Origin: Candidatus Sumerlaeota bacterium
GTDB taxonomy: Bacteria > Sumerlaeota > Sumerlaeia > Sumerlaeales > Sumerlaeaceae
Reading direction: 5' to 3'
DNA: 64,000 nt
NCBI GenBank assembly: GCA_012513815.1
Contig: JAAZBM010000014.1
Location: 376,568 to 440,567 of the forward strand
Shown: piece after piece, positions 18,995-29,666 of the stretch
Position numbering within the stretch: position 1 is the first letter of the stretch
Layout of the letters: the number at the start of each line of letters is the position of its first letter
Made by a program: the position numbers and the translations under genes
Notes under the pieces: model-generated
Database searches by the model: none
What the model was told of the DNA's origin: nothing
Seen by the model: the letters and a program-made list of their open reading frames with translations, nothing else

Positions 18995-21900
18995 ATGGGT
19001 CGCAATAGATACGCGAAAATAATATTATTTACTCTCATAATACTATCGCTGGTATTAGGAGTTGCTTACCGCACCTCTCCACCGGAGATTCGGGAGAGAG
19101 TCGATGGTTATATCCGCATTGCCGCCTCAAGCATGAGGAACATGGCACTCAAAGCCGAGTTTCGTTTTGTCACGAAGTACTTTGATAAATCTCAAAAGAA
19201 AAAAGACGAGAACGCCAAGGATGATAAAAAGAAGGATAACAAGAACCAAGCATCGGCCACTCTTGTCGGCAGCATCTATGATGAACTCTCAAAGCCTATC
19301 GTTGGCGCAACAGTTACCATTATGGGATTGGGCAAGAATCAGCCTAAAACGCAAACGGACAAGGACGGCAAGTATAAAATCGCCGACATTCCGCCGGGAA
19401 CAGGTCACATCGTGGCGTCACACCCGGGCTTTGTTGCGATGATGCGCCCGCACTTTCCATTCTACAGTTCAAAGGTCGCCTTCGCTGACCTGACCCTACC
19501 CATCGGTTCCAAAATCAACGGCACGGTTCTCGACGAAGAACGCAAACCGCTCAAGAATGTCGAAATACAGGCGCGACACATCGCGGAGGCCATCACTGCA
19601 AGCGGAGGCGACTCGATTGTCTACGCTGACATTGCAAAACAGGAAACATCAAAAGACAACGGCACGTTCTTGATTAAGGGAATGCCGCTTGGCAGCATGG
19701 AAATCACGGCTAAGAAAACGGGGTACGCGAAACTCGTTCAGAAACACGTCGTGACCAAGGACAACGCGACATCGTCTGTCGAGCTAATCCTGAAACGCTC
19801 GGGCATTCTTGACGGACAGATTAAGGATGCGGAAACGGGCGCAGGCATTCCTGACGCGAAAATCACACTGGAAAGTTTCAAACCTTTCGGCGAAAAGGTC
19901 ATGAAGCTCGAGGGCACCAGCTACACCATGCAGTCGCTCAAGCCGGAAGGAAAATTCAGATTTGAGCACCTGTTCGACGAAGGCTTCTACGACATCAAAG
20001 TCGAGCATCCCGACTATGCCCCCTCCACGCAAAAGCTCATTCCATGCGGCACAGAGAAGATGACAATCAATATGGTGCGCGGTTCGGGAATCTCCGGCAA
20101 AGTCACATTGATTGACAGAGTTGGGGACACCGGAGTTGCCGTCTCCATCAACATCGAATCGGTCATCAAGGGAACAACCCTGACACTCCACACCGTCTCG
20201 ACAGAAACCGGAGATTTCAAATTCGACAAACTGCCCTATGGTAGCTACAAGATTTGGGTCAACAGCAAACAATACTCCTGTCTTGACTATCCCCCGATTA
20301 ACTGCGAAGCCGGCAAACCACCCATCGATAATGTTGTTCTCGAAGCTTACCAGATTTGTTCCATTTCCGGACGTGTCATCAGCGCCGAAAACGGCATGCC
20401 CATCCCCGAAGCGACGGTGACAATCAACAGCATTTTTGGCAAGAACAAACAACAGTCCAAGAAGTTCATGACAAAAACATCTTCCATGGGTAAATTCGTT
20501 TTCGAGAAACTCCCAAGTGGACAGCACACCGCAACGGCCGAAGCCAAAGGATTCGTACAAACTAATTTCGGCACTTCCGCCGAAACGTTTTATCTGCTAC
20601 CGGGCGAATCCAAAAACGACCTCACGCTGCAACTCTACAAAGGCGGAACGGTAGATGGGCGCGTGCTTGATGCCAACGGGTCTGCCGTGAAAGACGCCGA
20701 TGTCCAACTCTATGTGGCATCAACCAACAAACGGAATCTCGACACGTCGAAACTCGTCGCGAAATCCAACGAGAACGGATGGTACACCATCACGGGCATC
20801 GATGTCGGCGACCATCTGCAACTCTACGCAAGCGCCCGAGCCGAAGAACGACACGCCAAAGGCGTCAGCAATATCATTGACCTGACAGCGGCCGTCCCAT
20901 CCGCAACGGCGGATATCATCATGCCGAACGGCGGCACTGTCCAAGGAAGAGTCACAGATATGAACGGCATCCCCATCGCGGAAGCTCAGGTCTCATGGCA
21001 CTCCGGTAACTTCCCCGGCGATCCATCGCCATCCGGCGGCAAAGTCTCGACGGAAAGCAACGGAACCTATCGTATCACGCACCTCCCACCCGGAAGAATA
21101 TCGCTGAACGTCAGCCGCTCCGGATATGTCGGTCAGGGCAGAGGCGTCAATGTCAAAGACAATCAGGTGTTGGCGGGCATTGACTTCAAACTAAAAACGG
21201 GAAAAACTATCACGGGTGTTGTCATGACTGCGGAAGGGAATCCGATTCCGAACGCGAATGTGAGAACGTCCGGAATCTCGGGAGCACAAGGTGGAGACTC
21301 GGCGAACACGGACAAGGACGGAAAGTTCACGCTCGGCAATCTCGGCGAAGGTTCGTTCAAACTCAACGCGACCTTCTCCATCAACACGCAGGAAGGAAAC
21401 CAGAATTACAACTTCTTTGTGACCCCAATCAAGGCCGGTAGCGAGGGCGTCCTCATCGAGTGCGACGTCGACAACTCCGCATCCACAATTGTCGATGCGG
21501 CCGGATCCGGAAGAAAGATTCAGAACTTCTTCTTCCGTTTCGCATCGCTGCCAAACATCAAAGGGCTGGACTTTTCCGTCACAGTACAACGTAGTGTGGC
21601 AAACACGAACGGACTCCTTAAGATATCGAACATCCCACGCGGCGTTTACAAATTGACTGTCACCGCCGATGGATACGAAAAATGGGAAGACGAATCCGTG
21701 TACATCGGACCGAACAGGAGAACCAGTATGCCCAAAGTCCATCTCGAAGCATCGGGTGGCATCATGGGTAAAGTCGTCTCGAACAAAACAGGACGACCCG
21801 TGAACGGTGTGCGTGTCTCTGCGTTTGAGCAAACAAGCATCGAACAGACAGGCAAAGGAAACAAAGGATACACGCATGTGGCAACCGTCAACACGGACTA

Positions 21901-22861
21901 TGCCGGCGAATTCCTGCTGTCGGGGTTATCGCCCGCGACACACCGAGTCATACTCGAACACTCGAACTATTCGAAGGAAACAATCGAAGATATCCCCGTG
22001 ACACGCCGCAAAATCTATGACATGGGCACAATCATCCTCGAAGCCGGAGGAACTGTACTCGGCACAATCAGAGATGAAACGGGAGCGCCGTGTGCGGGAT
22101 TCACTGTCGCCATCAATGATACACAAGAGAAAAAGAAGACGACAACTGACCGCGGCGGCAACTACCTGATGCAGGGCGTCGAAGAGGGAACGCATATCAT
22201 CTCCGTACAAGGCACAGTGCGCAGTTATAGACCGACCTATACCTTCGCGTCCACAATCATCATTGCGGGCGAATCAACGACGAAGAACTTCACCATCGGA
22301 CTGACGGCAAACATGGTCGGACAGTTATTCTCTGCGACACCACTCACCGGAGCTTCGGGGACTGTCAGCCTCTATCCGTTCGACGAAAACAACAAAGTCG
22401 TCGACTGGATTCGATACGACGCGACAATTCAGGGAATGACCTTTAGCCTCAACCAGATTCCGCCCGGACAATACTTCATGTGGGCCGGAGGCAATGCGAC
22501 GGCCGGACCATTCAGACTCTGGCAGTTCAAACAACTGACACAAGGCGACAATACCGTTGCGCTCGAGCTGCCCCCATCATCCATCAAAGGACGTGCCATC
22601 GGGAGCGCCGGACAAGGACTTCAGGGCACCTCGGTGCAACTGCGCCCACTCTTTGACGGAAGTTTCCTCTCGCAAACGATTTATAACAAACTTATCGTCA
22701 ACAAAACGACAAACGCGACGGGCGCATTCTCGATTCCCTACATCCAACAGGGAACCTATCAAATTATCTACCAGCCACCCGGCGGAAGACAAATCGTGCA
22801 ACAACCGATGTCCATCGGATATGGACAAACTATCAGCGGAATTACCCTCCCTGCACAATAA
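18995..22861 (+). CDS. Giant membrane-anchored protein of tandem carboxypeptidase-regulatory-like (CarboxypepD_reg) beta-sandwich repeats
   Basis: N-terminal TM anchor, a Lys-rich linker, then about 12 repeats of the form GxVxDxxGxPIxxAxV ... TDxxGxY (for example GTVDGRVLDANGSAVKDADV). Confidence 0.7.
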   Translation: MGRNRYAKIILFTLIILSLVLGVAYRTSPPEIRERVDGYIRIAASSMRNMALKAEFRFVTKYFDKSQKKKDENAKDDKKKDNKNQASATLVGSIYDELSKPIVGATVTIMGLGKNQPKTQTDKDGKYKIADIPPGTGHIVASHPGFVAMMRPHFPFYSSKVAFADLTLPIGSKINGTVLDEERKPLKNVEIQARHIAEAITASGGDSIVYADIAKQETSKDNGTFLIKGMPLGSMEITAKKTGYAKLVQKHVVTKDNATSSVELILKRSGILDGQIKDAETGAGIPDAKITLESFKPFGEKVMKLEGTSYTMQSLKPEGKFRFEHLFDEGFYDIKVEHPDYAPSTQKLIPCGTEKMTINMVRGSGISGKVTLIDRVGDTGVAVSINIESVIKGTTLTLHTVSTETGDFKFDKLPYGSYKIWVNSKQYSCLDYPPINCEAGKPPIDNVVLEAYQICSISGRVISAENGMPIPEATVTINSIFGKNKQQSKKFMTKTSSMGKFVFEKLPSGQHTATAEAKGFVQTNFGTSAETFYLLPGESKNDLTLQLYKGGTVDGRVLDANGSAVKDADVQLYVASTNKRNLDTSKLVAKSNENGWYTITGIDVGDHLQLYASARAEERHAKGVSNIIDLTAAVPSATADIIMPNGGTVQGRVTDMNGIPIAEAQVSWHSGNFPGDPSPSGGKVSTESNGTYRITHLPPGRISLNVSRSGYVGQGRGVNVKDNQVLAGIDFKLKTGKTITGVVMTAEGNPIPNANVRTSGISGAQGGDSANTDKDGKFTLGNLGEGSFKLNATFSINTQEGNQNYNFFVTPIKAGSEGVLIECDVDNSASTIVDAAGSGRKIQNFFFRFASLPNIKGLDFSVTVQRSVANTNGLLKISNIPRGVYKLTVTADGYEKWEDESVYIGPNRRTSMPKVHLEASGGIMGKVVSNKTGRPVNGVRVSAFEQTSIEQTGKGNKGYTHVATVNTDYAGEFLLSGLSPATHRVILEHSNYSKETIEDIPVTRRKIYDMGTIILEAGGTVLGTIRDETGAPCAGFTVAINDTQEKKKTTTDRGGNYLMQGVEEGTHIISVQGTVRSYRPTYTFASTIIIAGESTTKNFTIGLTANMVGQLFSATPLTGASGTVSLYPFDENNKVVDWIRYDATIQGMTFSLNQIPPGQYFMWAGGNATAGPFRLWQFKQLTQGDNTVALELPPSSIKGRAIGSAGQGLQGTSVQLRPLFDGSFLSQTIYNKLIVNKTTNATGAFSIPYIQQGTYQIIYQPPGGRQIVQQPMSIGYGQTISGITLPAQ

Positions 22862-22924
22862 CTCTGGAAGGAAGAGTCAAACTATTGTATATTATAGTAT
22901 CATAATAACGATGGTGAGAATTTC

Positions 22925-23656
22925 ATGACAAATTATAGAATATTTATTGTCGAAGACGAGAGCGAAATCGCCAGACTTCTGGAGATTCATCTTAAAAAGA
23001 CCGGTTTCAACCCTGTCGTCTTTACGAAATCACCCGAAGCGTGGAAAGCAATTCTCAACGCCTCCCCCAAGACGATGCCTGACCTTATTCTTCTGGATGT
23101 GATGATGCCGGAGATGGACGGAATCCAATTCCTCAAGGCTGTTCGCGCAAATGCCAACACACAGACACTGCCTGTCTTTTTCCTGACGGCATGCGGCGGA
23201 GAAGAAGATCGCATCGGCGGATTTGAACTCGGAGCGGATGACTATATCACCAAGCCATTCTCACCAACGGAACTCGTTTTGCGCATCAAGAGATTCTTCG
23301 AAAGACGCGAAATGGAACGCAGAAACAAACGCGAAGAGTCCAAGGAACCCGTCGTGTTTGGTTGCCTGATGCTTGACGAAGCACGTTTCAAAACAACAGT
23401 CGACGGAGAGGAAATCCCCATTTCGGCAACCGAAATGAAACTGCTTGCGGAAATGATTTCGCTCAAAGGCAAAGCGCTTTCGAGACGCCGCATCCTCGAA
23501 CTCGCGTGGGGCGATATGCCCAATGTGACGGACAGAACAATCGACACACATGTCAAAAGACTTCGCAGAAAACTCGGCAAGGCCGCCGTTTATCTCGAGA
23601 CTGTCAGAGGCCGCGGATATCGGTGGGCCGAATCACCGGATGATGTAAATGATTAA
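22925..23656 (+). CDS. Two-component response regulator, OmpR/PhoB family
   Basis: Receiver domain (DLILLDVMMPEMDG) plus a winged-helix C-terminus. Confidence 0.85.
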   Translation: MTNYRIFIVEDESEIARLLEIHLKKTGFNPVVFTKSPEAWKAILNASPKTMPDLILLDVMMPEMDGIQFLKAVRANANTQTLPVFFLTACGGEEDRIGGFELGADDYITKPFSPTELVLRIKRFFERREMERRNKREESKEPVVFGCLMLDEARFKTTVDGEEIPISATEMKLLAEMISLKGKALSRRRILELAWGDMPNVTDRTIDTHVKRLRRKLGKAAVYLETVRGRGYRWAESPDDVND

Positions 23657-24725
23657 CGCTTTTGCATTTGCGTGCCAGGTAACCGAAGGCGTCCCTGGAT
23701 GCTCCGCGCTCTACCTGACGTCGAGCGACCTACTTGTGCCAAACAATCGATGGGTCAACACATTTGGAACAATGTCAAGACTCAACGACTTGGAACGATT
23801 AGGCCTCTCAGTTGATAGCATCAGAGAGAACATCATCGAACTGACTCGGGTTGGAAATGGAGAATTCACGCGGGCATTGGACGAAGAATCCATTCGGACA
23901 TTAGTCATCACCGCGATTCCAAACTTCCCGCAAATGTTCTTTATTTTTCTGCACGACGAAACGGAAGCACACAAAGTTGCAGCAATGCGCAGAGACTTCA
24001 TCGCGAACGTCTCCCACGAGCTTCGCACACCGCTGACCATCATCCGCGGGTATGTCGAAACACTGATGGATCCGGACTACCGAACGCCCGAAGCGTTGAA
24101 CGAATATCTGCCAATCATTCTCGACAACACAAAGCAAATGCACACGCTTATCATTGACCTCATGGACCTATCGAGGCTTGAATCGTCGGGCGCACGGAGA
24201 CTCGCGGCAATCAATCTGAAAACGGAAATCGAAGGCGCCATTGCTTCAAGCCGTGTTCTGGCTAAGGAAAAGAAAATCAAAATCATCCACGCGAAACTGG
24301 ATGCGGTCGATGTGCAAGCCGACGTCAACAACTTCCCACGTGTCTTGATTAACCTCATCGAAAACGCAATCAAATACACGCCCAACGAAGGCACAATCCG
24401 CATCTACACCGAATTAGACAACAGCAAAGAGCACGTCACGGTTCACATCACGGACAACGGTATGGGCATCCCAAACGACGATCAAGAAAGAATTTTTGAA
24501 CGATTCTACAGAGTTCGCGGAACAACAGCGAGTGTCCGAGGAAGCGGTCTGGGGCTGGCGATTGTCAAACACGCGCTCCAGTTAATGGACAGCGAAATCA
24601 AACTCAATAGCACATTGGGCGAAGGCTCTGACTTTTACTTCACACTCAAAGTCTTCAAGAATCCTGATGAAACTGCGCAAGCAACTATGAGTGAAGACGT
24701 GATACCTCGATTGTCTCATAGATAG
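23649..24725 (+). CDS. Sensor histidine kinase (cytoplasmic, no TM detected)
   Basis: HisKA H-box VSHELRTPL plus HATPase_c N/G boxes. Overlaps the RR stop. Confidence 0.8.
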   Translation: MINAFAFACQVTEGVPGCSALYLTSSDLLVPNNRWVNTFGTMSRLNDLERLGLSVDSIRENIIELTRVGNGEFTRALDEESIRTLVITAIPNFPQMFFIFLHDETEAHKVAAMRRDFIANVSHELRTPLTIIRGYVETLMDPDYRTPEALNEYLPIILDNTKQMHTLIIDLMDLSRLESSGARRLAAINLKTEIEGAIASSRVLAKEKKIKIIHAKLDAVDVQADVNNFPRVLINLIENAIKYTPNEGTIRIYTELDNSKEHVTVHITDNGMGIPNDDQERIFERFYRVRGTTASVRGSGLGLAIVKHALQLMDSEIKLNSTLGEGSDFYFTLKVFKNPDETAQATMSEDVIPRLSHR

Positions 24726-25257
24726 CGCCCGAAGGTGTCAGCGTACTCTTTATGAGTTCGATTTGCTCCACATCCATCACCCCAAAATGAGCCAGCCCAC
24801 GTGCCTCGACAATCTTCTTGATGCCGAGCAGATTCTCACGACTCTTGATTCGCGCAAGAGTAATGTGAGGCATAAAGGGATGCGTGTCCACATCAAATCC
24901 CCGGCGGTTTAGCTCATTCACAAGCGAATTCCGCAAATCAGTCAGTACATCCACATCCTTTGCCAGCCGAAGCGCAATTGTACGTGCCGTCTTGTCATTC
25001 GGAAACAACAGCGGACTGCCAACCTTCAGCGAAAACGCCCCGCAACGCCCCGCGATTTTCTGCATCACAAGCCCGGCATCACTGACTGATGACTCCGGGA
25101 TATCACCCAAAAACGCCAGAGTAATGTGAACATTCCGAACAGACTGCCAAGTTATACGTGTCTTCAGAAACTCCGACGCTGTCTGCATGCCAGCTGACAG
25201 CGTAGCAATCTCCGACTGCATTTTCTCGGGTAAACGAACCGCAATAAAACAACGCAT
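24685..25257 (-). CDS. thpR: RNA 2',3'-cyclic phosphodiesterase / 2'-5' RNA ligase (2H family)
   Basis: Two H-x-T/S-x motifs: HITLAFLG and PHITLARI. Confidence 0.8.
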   Translation of the reverse strand: MRCFIAVRLPEKMQSEIATLSAGMQTASEFLKTRITWQSVRNVHITLAFLGDIPESSVSDAGLVMQKIAGRCGAFSLKVGSPLLFPNDKTARTIALRLAKDVDVLTDLRNSLVNELNRRGFDVDTHPFMPHITLARIKSRENLLGIKKIVEARGLAHFGVMDVEQIELIKSTLTPSGAIYETIEVSRLHS

Positions 25258-25310
25258 AAAGGCCTCCCTATGCCACTACAAGTAATGCGCCAACACTACA
25301 ATAATCTTTA

Positions 25311-26984
25311 CTATATCCGCTTAAAGTCGTTATCCTTCGGATAGAAACTCGGGCTATTCTTTGTCAGTTGCCTGATACGCTGAAGAGCATCACGGATACG
25401 AGCATTGAGATTGCCGTTATTCGCCTGCGCTAGCGACGCGTCAAGCTGCAACGCCTTTTGCCAGCAGCTCACCGCCATACGCAGATTTTTCACGCTCTCT
25501 TGCTTAACCGAGAACACACGGTTATTCGCGTCACGCGTCGTAAAACTTGCCGACATCAAAATATTAACCGCCGTGTTGTAATACTGATCGCCCTGCATAA
25601 CCAAACGCTGCGCCTGAGAAGCCTTCTCAGATATCCCCTGACGCTCATTGCTCTGAGCCGTCAGCAGTACACTCTGCGCCGCTTGCACGACCTCCGGGAA
25701 CATTGGGTAATCCAGAATAATCTCATTCGCCTTTTCACGAGCCTTGACCGTCTCACCCGCTGCAAGGTTATTCTGCACTTCACGCAAATCACGCCCCGCA
25801 TACGCCAACAAACCCTTACGGGCATCCTCATTTGTTTCCTGCATTTCGAGGATACTGCGGTACTCCTGACGAGCCGTATCAAGCATCCCCTTCGACTCGG
25901 CATATCGTGCCAACGCTAACCGCGCCTTTGGATCCGCCTGATTTGTCTGCCCACGACGAATCATGTACTCATACTTATACAAGGTATCCTTCGTTTGTGA
26001 CGGGTCAAAAACCAACAACTGATTATACGCAGACAATGCGCCCTGCCAGTCGCCCCGCTCGGCGCATTCCGTATGCATCGTATTATAGATATTCAATATC
26101 CGCCGACGCAGAACCGGTGTCGAATTCTCGGGGTCATTCGCAAACTCAAGTAAAATCGGCAAAGCTTCCGAATATTTTTTTTGCCTGTACAGCGCCTCGG
26201 CATACTTCAGCCGCCCCGTAGGCGTCATATCATTCTTGTAAATATCCGACAACTCCGCCAGACGACTGCTCTCCGAATCCAGAATCTTCTTCAGCGCATT
26301 AGTGGCTTTCTCATTGTTAGGATTATAAAACAGCGACTTCTTCAAATGGTCAATTGCCGTGTTGATATCCTGATGATCGGCTCGCACCAAGCCCCACCGA
26401 AGATAGATATTCGATGCCCCCACAGCGAACTCCTCCCCTGCACCGGCAACCGAAGCGGGTGTGACTTTATTGAGCAACTCCGCGGCATCATCATAGCGTT
26501 CATTATCAGCAGCCGACACGGCACGCGCCAAAATATCCATCGCCTGATTCGGATTCAAAGTTTCCGTCTCCGACACAAGCACATCCTCATCCGCGGTCTG
26601 CGCCAGACTCGCATCGTTCATCCGAGCCTGCGCCTCCTGCACACGCCCCTGTGCTTCCGCATCATTGGGAGCAATCGACAACGCCTTCTCATAACATTCC
26701 AAAGACTTCTCAACGCGATTCTGCCGGGAGTACTCGTCCCCCATGCGCACCCAGCCCTTTTCAAGAGGTTCCTTATCCCAAGCCGAGACCTTCGAGCGCG
26801 ATAATGTCAAGACACCATTGGTCGAGCGAAAAACAAAAGTGCTCTTCGCCATGTTATCCTCGTCTGTAACGCCAACGAGACGATCCCCATTAGTCAGTTG
26901 CAAAACATCGCACCAGCCCATTCCGGACAATAAGCTTACAACGAATATCGGTATGATAGTTCGCTTCGCTTTGTACATTATCAT
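25311..26984 (-). CDS. Secreted tetratricopeptide-repeat protein
   Basis: Signal peptide and multiple TPR-like helical repeats (AEALYRQKKYSEALPIL etc). Confidence 0.7.
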   Translation of the reverse strand: MIMYKAKRTIIPIFVVSLLSGMGWCDVLQLTNGDRLVGVTDEDNMAKSTFVFRSTNGVLTLSRSKVSAWDKEPLEKGWVRMGDEYSRQNRVEKSLECYEKALSIAPNDAEAQGRVQEAQARMNDASLAQTADEDVLVSETETLNPNQAMDILARAVSAADNERYDDAAELLNKVTPASVAGAGEEFAVGASNIYLRWGLVRADHQDINTAIDHLKKSLFYNPNNEKATNALKKILDSESSRLAELSDIYKNDMTPTGRLKYAEALYRQKKYSEALPILLEFANDPENSTPVLRRRILNIYNTMHTECAERGDWQGALSAYNQLLVFDPSQTKDTLYKYEYMIRRGQTNQADPKARLALARYAESKGMLDTARQEYRSILEMQETNEDARKGLLAYAGRDLREVQNNLAAGETVKAREKANEIILDYPMFPEVVQAAQSVLLTAQSNERQGISEKASQAQRLVMQGDQYYNTAVNILMSASFTTRDANNRVFSVKQESVKNLRMAVSCWQKALQLDASLAQANNGNLNARIRDALQRIRQLTKNSPSFYPKDNDFKRI

Positions 26985-27052
26985 AATTCAACCTCTTTAT
27001 GTGACGGACTATATTTATTAACATTTATGTGTAAATCATCATCTAAACAATC

Positions 27053-28534
27053 ATGCTGAAACATTTCAATCCGACACTATTATATAAAGCTTACTTCGGC
27101 AATCCTTACGGAATTTTGCCACCCATACTTCTTGCGCTTCTCCTGACGCTCGTCAGTTGGATTGTTCTTATCTATGGTGTCAGAGAAATTGGCATTCTCG
27201 GCATGATGATAGGAGCCGGAGCCGCCCTGACACTGCTTAGCGTCATCACGCACCCGCTCATTCCGTTTGCCCTTTACTTCCCGTGTCTCTTCTTCAACGA
27301 CCTTACATGGCCGGGCATCCCCATCTCACCCAACCAGATACTTGGCATACTTTTCTTTGTCTCATGGATTGCCTACTTCATTCGGCGCCGCACCATCGCC
27401 ATTTCGCCCTCCGTCAGTTTCTTTATGTTTGTTGCGACAGTACTATTCGCTATCAGCGCAATCACCGGCGAAGACACCGAACGCGGCATCCAGCACTGCC
27501 GCGCCGTCGTGACTTACTTCCTCATGGCGCTTGGGTTGGCAGCTTCCATGCGTTCCGAAAAAAGCATTCGAGCGCTCGCATGGATTATCACCATCACCAC
27601 CGCGGCGGCTGCGCTACAAGGCGTCTATCAGGCAATCGAAAAGGGCATCTTCATGAACTTCACGGGCAAATGGAGCGACGCAGTCCGAGTCAGCGGAACG
27701 GCGAAAAACTCCATTGTCTACGGATGGAATCTACTCTACGCCTTCCCATTTGCGTTCTTCCTCTACACACGCCACAATTCAAAGCTCTTCAAATCCTTAG
27801 CCATCGGCCTTGGCATTTTCACCGCGATTGTCGCGCTGCTCACATTCAATCGACAGACATTCCTTTTGCTCGCAATCGTTGTCCTCTCCACCACGCTGCT
27901 TTTCCGTTACAAAAACAAAAAGCGCACACTGATGATGGTGCTCGTGGCGGCAGGCATCGCCGTCATTGCCATGTTCCCGATGGTTATCTCGCGGCTGTCA
28001 ACATTGGGCAACATTGACCGCGACCCATCCTACCTCGAACGTCGCGACCAAATTCTTGTCGCCATGGAAATGTTCAAGGAGAAGCCCATCATCGGCATCG
28101 GCCTTGGCTCCTATCCCGCAGTCTGGAAGAACCACCTCCCGAAGGATTATTCGACCTACAATATGCAATACGACTATAAAACGGAACGTTACCCGGACTT
28201 CGGTTACGTACAGCTTTTGGCCGAGACGGGCGTCGTGGGACTGATGCTTGCCATTGCTCTCATGCTCATGGTTTTGCGCCGAGCAATCCGCGTAAGGCGA
28301 ATGGCGGATGCTCGCGACAACATCATGGCGTTCAACCTCGCCTCCATGATTATCGCGCTCGCGATATTTTGGATAACCAGTAACTTCGTACAAGACACAT
28401 TTCTCTATGTGCGAATGTGGTTCGTGCTCGGCTTGACGGCCCTCATCACGCCGCAGAATCTTTTTCTCGGTGCACGTAGCACAACGAACGCTGTTCCTTT
28501 ACCCCGCAAACAACAGGAACTCGCACATGATTAA
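27053..28534 (+). CDS. O-antigen ligase/polymerase family (Wzy_C-like) polytopic membrane protein
   Basis: At least 10 TM helices with a large loop carrying a Wzy_C-like segment. Neighbours are GT4 and envelope genes. Confidence 0.55.
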   Translation: MLKHFNPTLLYKAYFGNPYGILPPILLALLLTLVSWIVLIYGVREIGILGMMIGAGAALTLLSVITHPLIPFALYFPCLFFNDLTWPGIPISPNQILGILFFVSWIAYFIRRRTIAISPSVSFFMFVATVLFAISAITGEDTERGIQHCRAVVTYFLMALGLAASMRSEKSIRALAWIITITTAAAALQGVYQAIEKGIFMNFTGKWSDAVRVSGTAKNSIVYGWNLLYAFPFAFFLYTRHNSKLFKSLAIGLGIFTAIVALLTFNRQTFLLLAIVVLSTTLLFRYKNKKRTLMMVLVAAGIAVIAMFPMVISRLSTLGNIDRDPSYLERRDQILVAMEMFKEKPIIGIGLGSYPAVWKNHLPKDYSTYNMQYDYKTERYPDFGYVQLLAETGVVGLMLAIALMLMVLRRAIRVRRMADARDNIMAFNLASMIIALAIFWITSNFVQDTFLYVRMWFVLGLTALITPQNLFLGARSTTNAVPLPRKQQELAHD

Positions 28535-29666
28535 GGTTGCTATGGTAGCTCACCTCGGCGAACTTTCCGGAGCCGGCACAGCACTGATAGACAAGGCCGT
28601 CAACATCAGCCGAGAACAATTCGAGCCGATTCTCATCCTTCCCGAAGACAGCGAACTTGCCGACCTTGCGCGGTGCCGAGGTCTGGCGCCACACATCATC
28701 TCAAACCCGCAAACGGCTATGGTTGACACGCATTCAATCATCGCGAAAATCAAGATTCTCTCGGAGCGTCGCGCCTATGTGCAACGACTGAGACGATTCT
28801 TCAAACAGAACAACATCGACTTGGTTTTCGTCAACTCCACTGCTTCCATTTTTCCCGGAATCGCCGCAAAAAAAGCAGGGCTGCCCATTCTTTGGATGGT
28901 TCATGAGGTACTGGAGAATCCCTCACTATCAACACGCGTAAAGATGGCGTACATCCGACGCAACGCAAACAGCATTGTTTGGGATAGCAACTTAGGAAAA
29001 GAGCTCTTTCCGCCTGCGCCGAACACGCCGTCACTCGTGTGTCCGAACTTTGTCGACACCAACCGATTCCAACCCAAACAAACGGAATTCTCCGCGTCTG
29101 GCGCCCCTCTCACAATCCTTTGCAACGGTCCCTTCCCACGCAAAGGAGCCGACGTATTCCTGAACGCAGCCAAACGGGTCGCGGCGACAACCCAACGCCC
29201 ATGCGCCTTTGTACTCATCGGGCCGGAGATGCCGCAACACGCGGACTTCTGCAAAAACCTCCACGACATCGCCCAACAACCGGAGCTAAAAGGCAAGGTC
29301 ACTTTTGCCGGAATACAAAAGGACGTCCCGACCCTCCTTCGAAACGCTGACATCTTCGTCTCCGCCTCGCGCAACGAGGCATACCCCATCATCGTACTCG
29401 AAGCAATGGCCGCCAAAACGCCCATCATATGCACCGATGTCGGCGACTGCGCGATAATAGTCGGGAAGAACAACGAACGTGGAGCGCTCGTCCCGCCTGA
29501 GAATCCCGATAGAATAGCCGAAGCGATTCTTGATGCCATTGACCACCCGCAACAAACGCAACAACGTGCCCAGAAAGCGCTCGATTGGATACTCGAATCC
29601 TATTCGGGCAACAAATGTTGGAAACCTCTGGAAGAACTGATGCTCAAAACAGCCGCACGGGCTTAG
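28527..29666 (+). CDS. Glycosyltransferase family 4 (GT1-fold)
   Basis: C-terminal EAYPIIVLEAMAAKTPIICTDVGD motif. Start set at ATG 28527 (MIKVAMVAH). Confidence 0.8.
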   Translation: MIKVAMVAHLGELSGAGTALIDKAVNISREQFEPILILPEDSELADLARCRGLAPHIISNPQTAMVDTHSIIAKIKILSERRAYVQRLRRFFKQNNIDLVFVNSTASIFPGIAAKKAGLPILWMVHEVLENPSLSTRVKMAYIRRNANSIVWDSNLGKELFPPAPNTPSLVCPNFVDTNRFQPKQTEFSASGAPLTILCNGPFPRKGADVFLNAAKRVAATTQRPCAFVLIGPEMPQHADFCKNLHDIAQQPELKGKVTFAGIQKDVPTLLRNADIFVSASRNEAYPIIVLEAMAAKTPIICTDVGDCAIIVGKNNERGALVPPENPDRIAEAILDAIDHPQQTQQRAQKALDWILESYSGNKCWKPLEELMLKTAARA

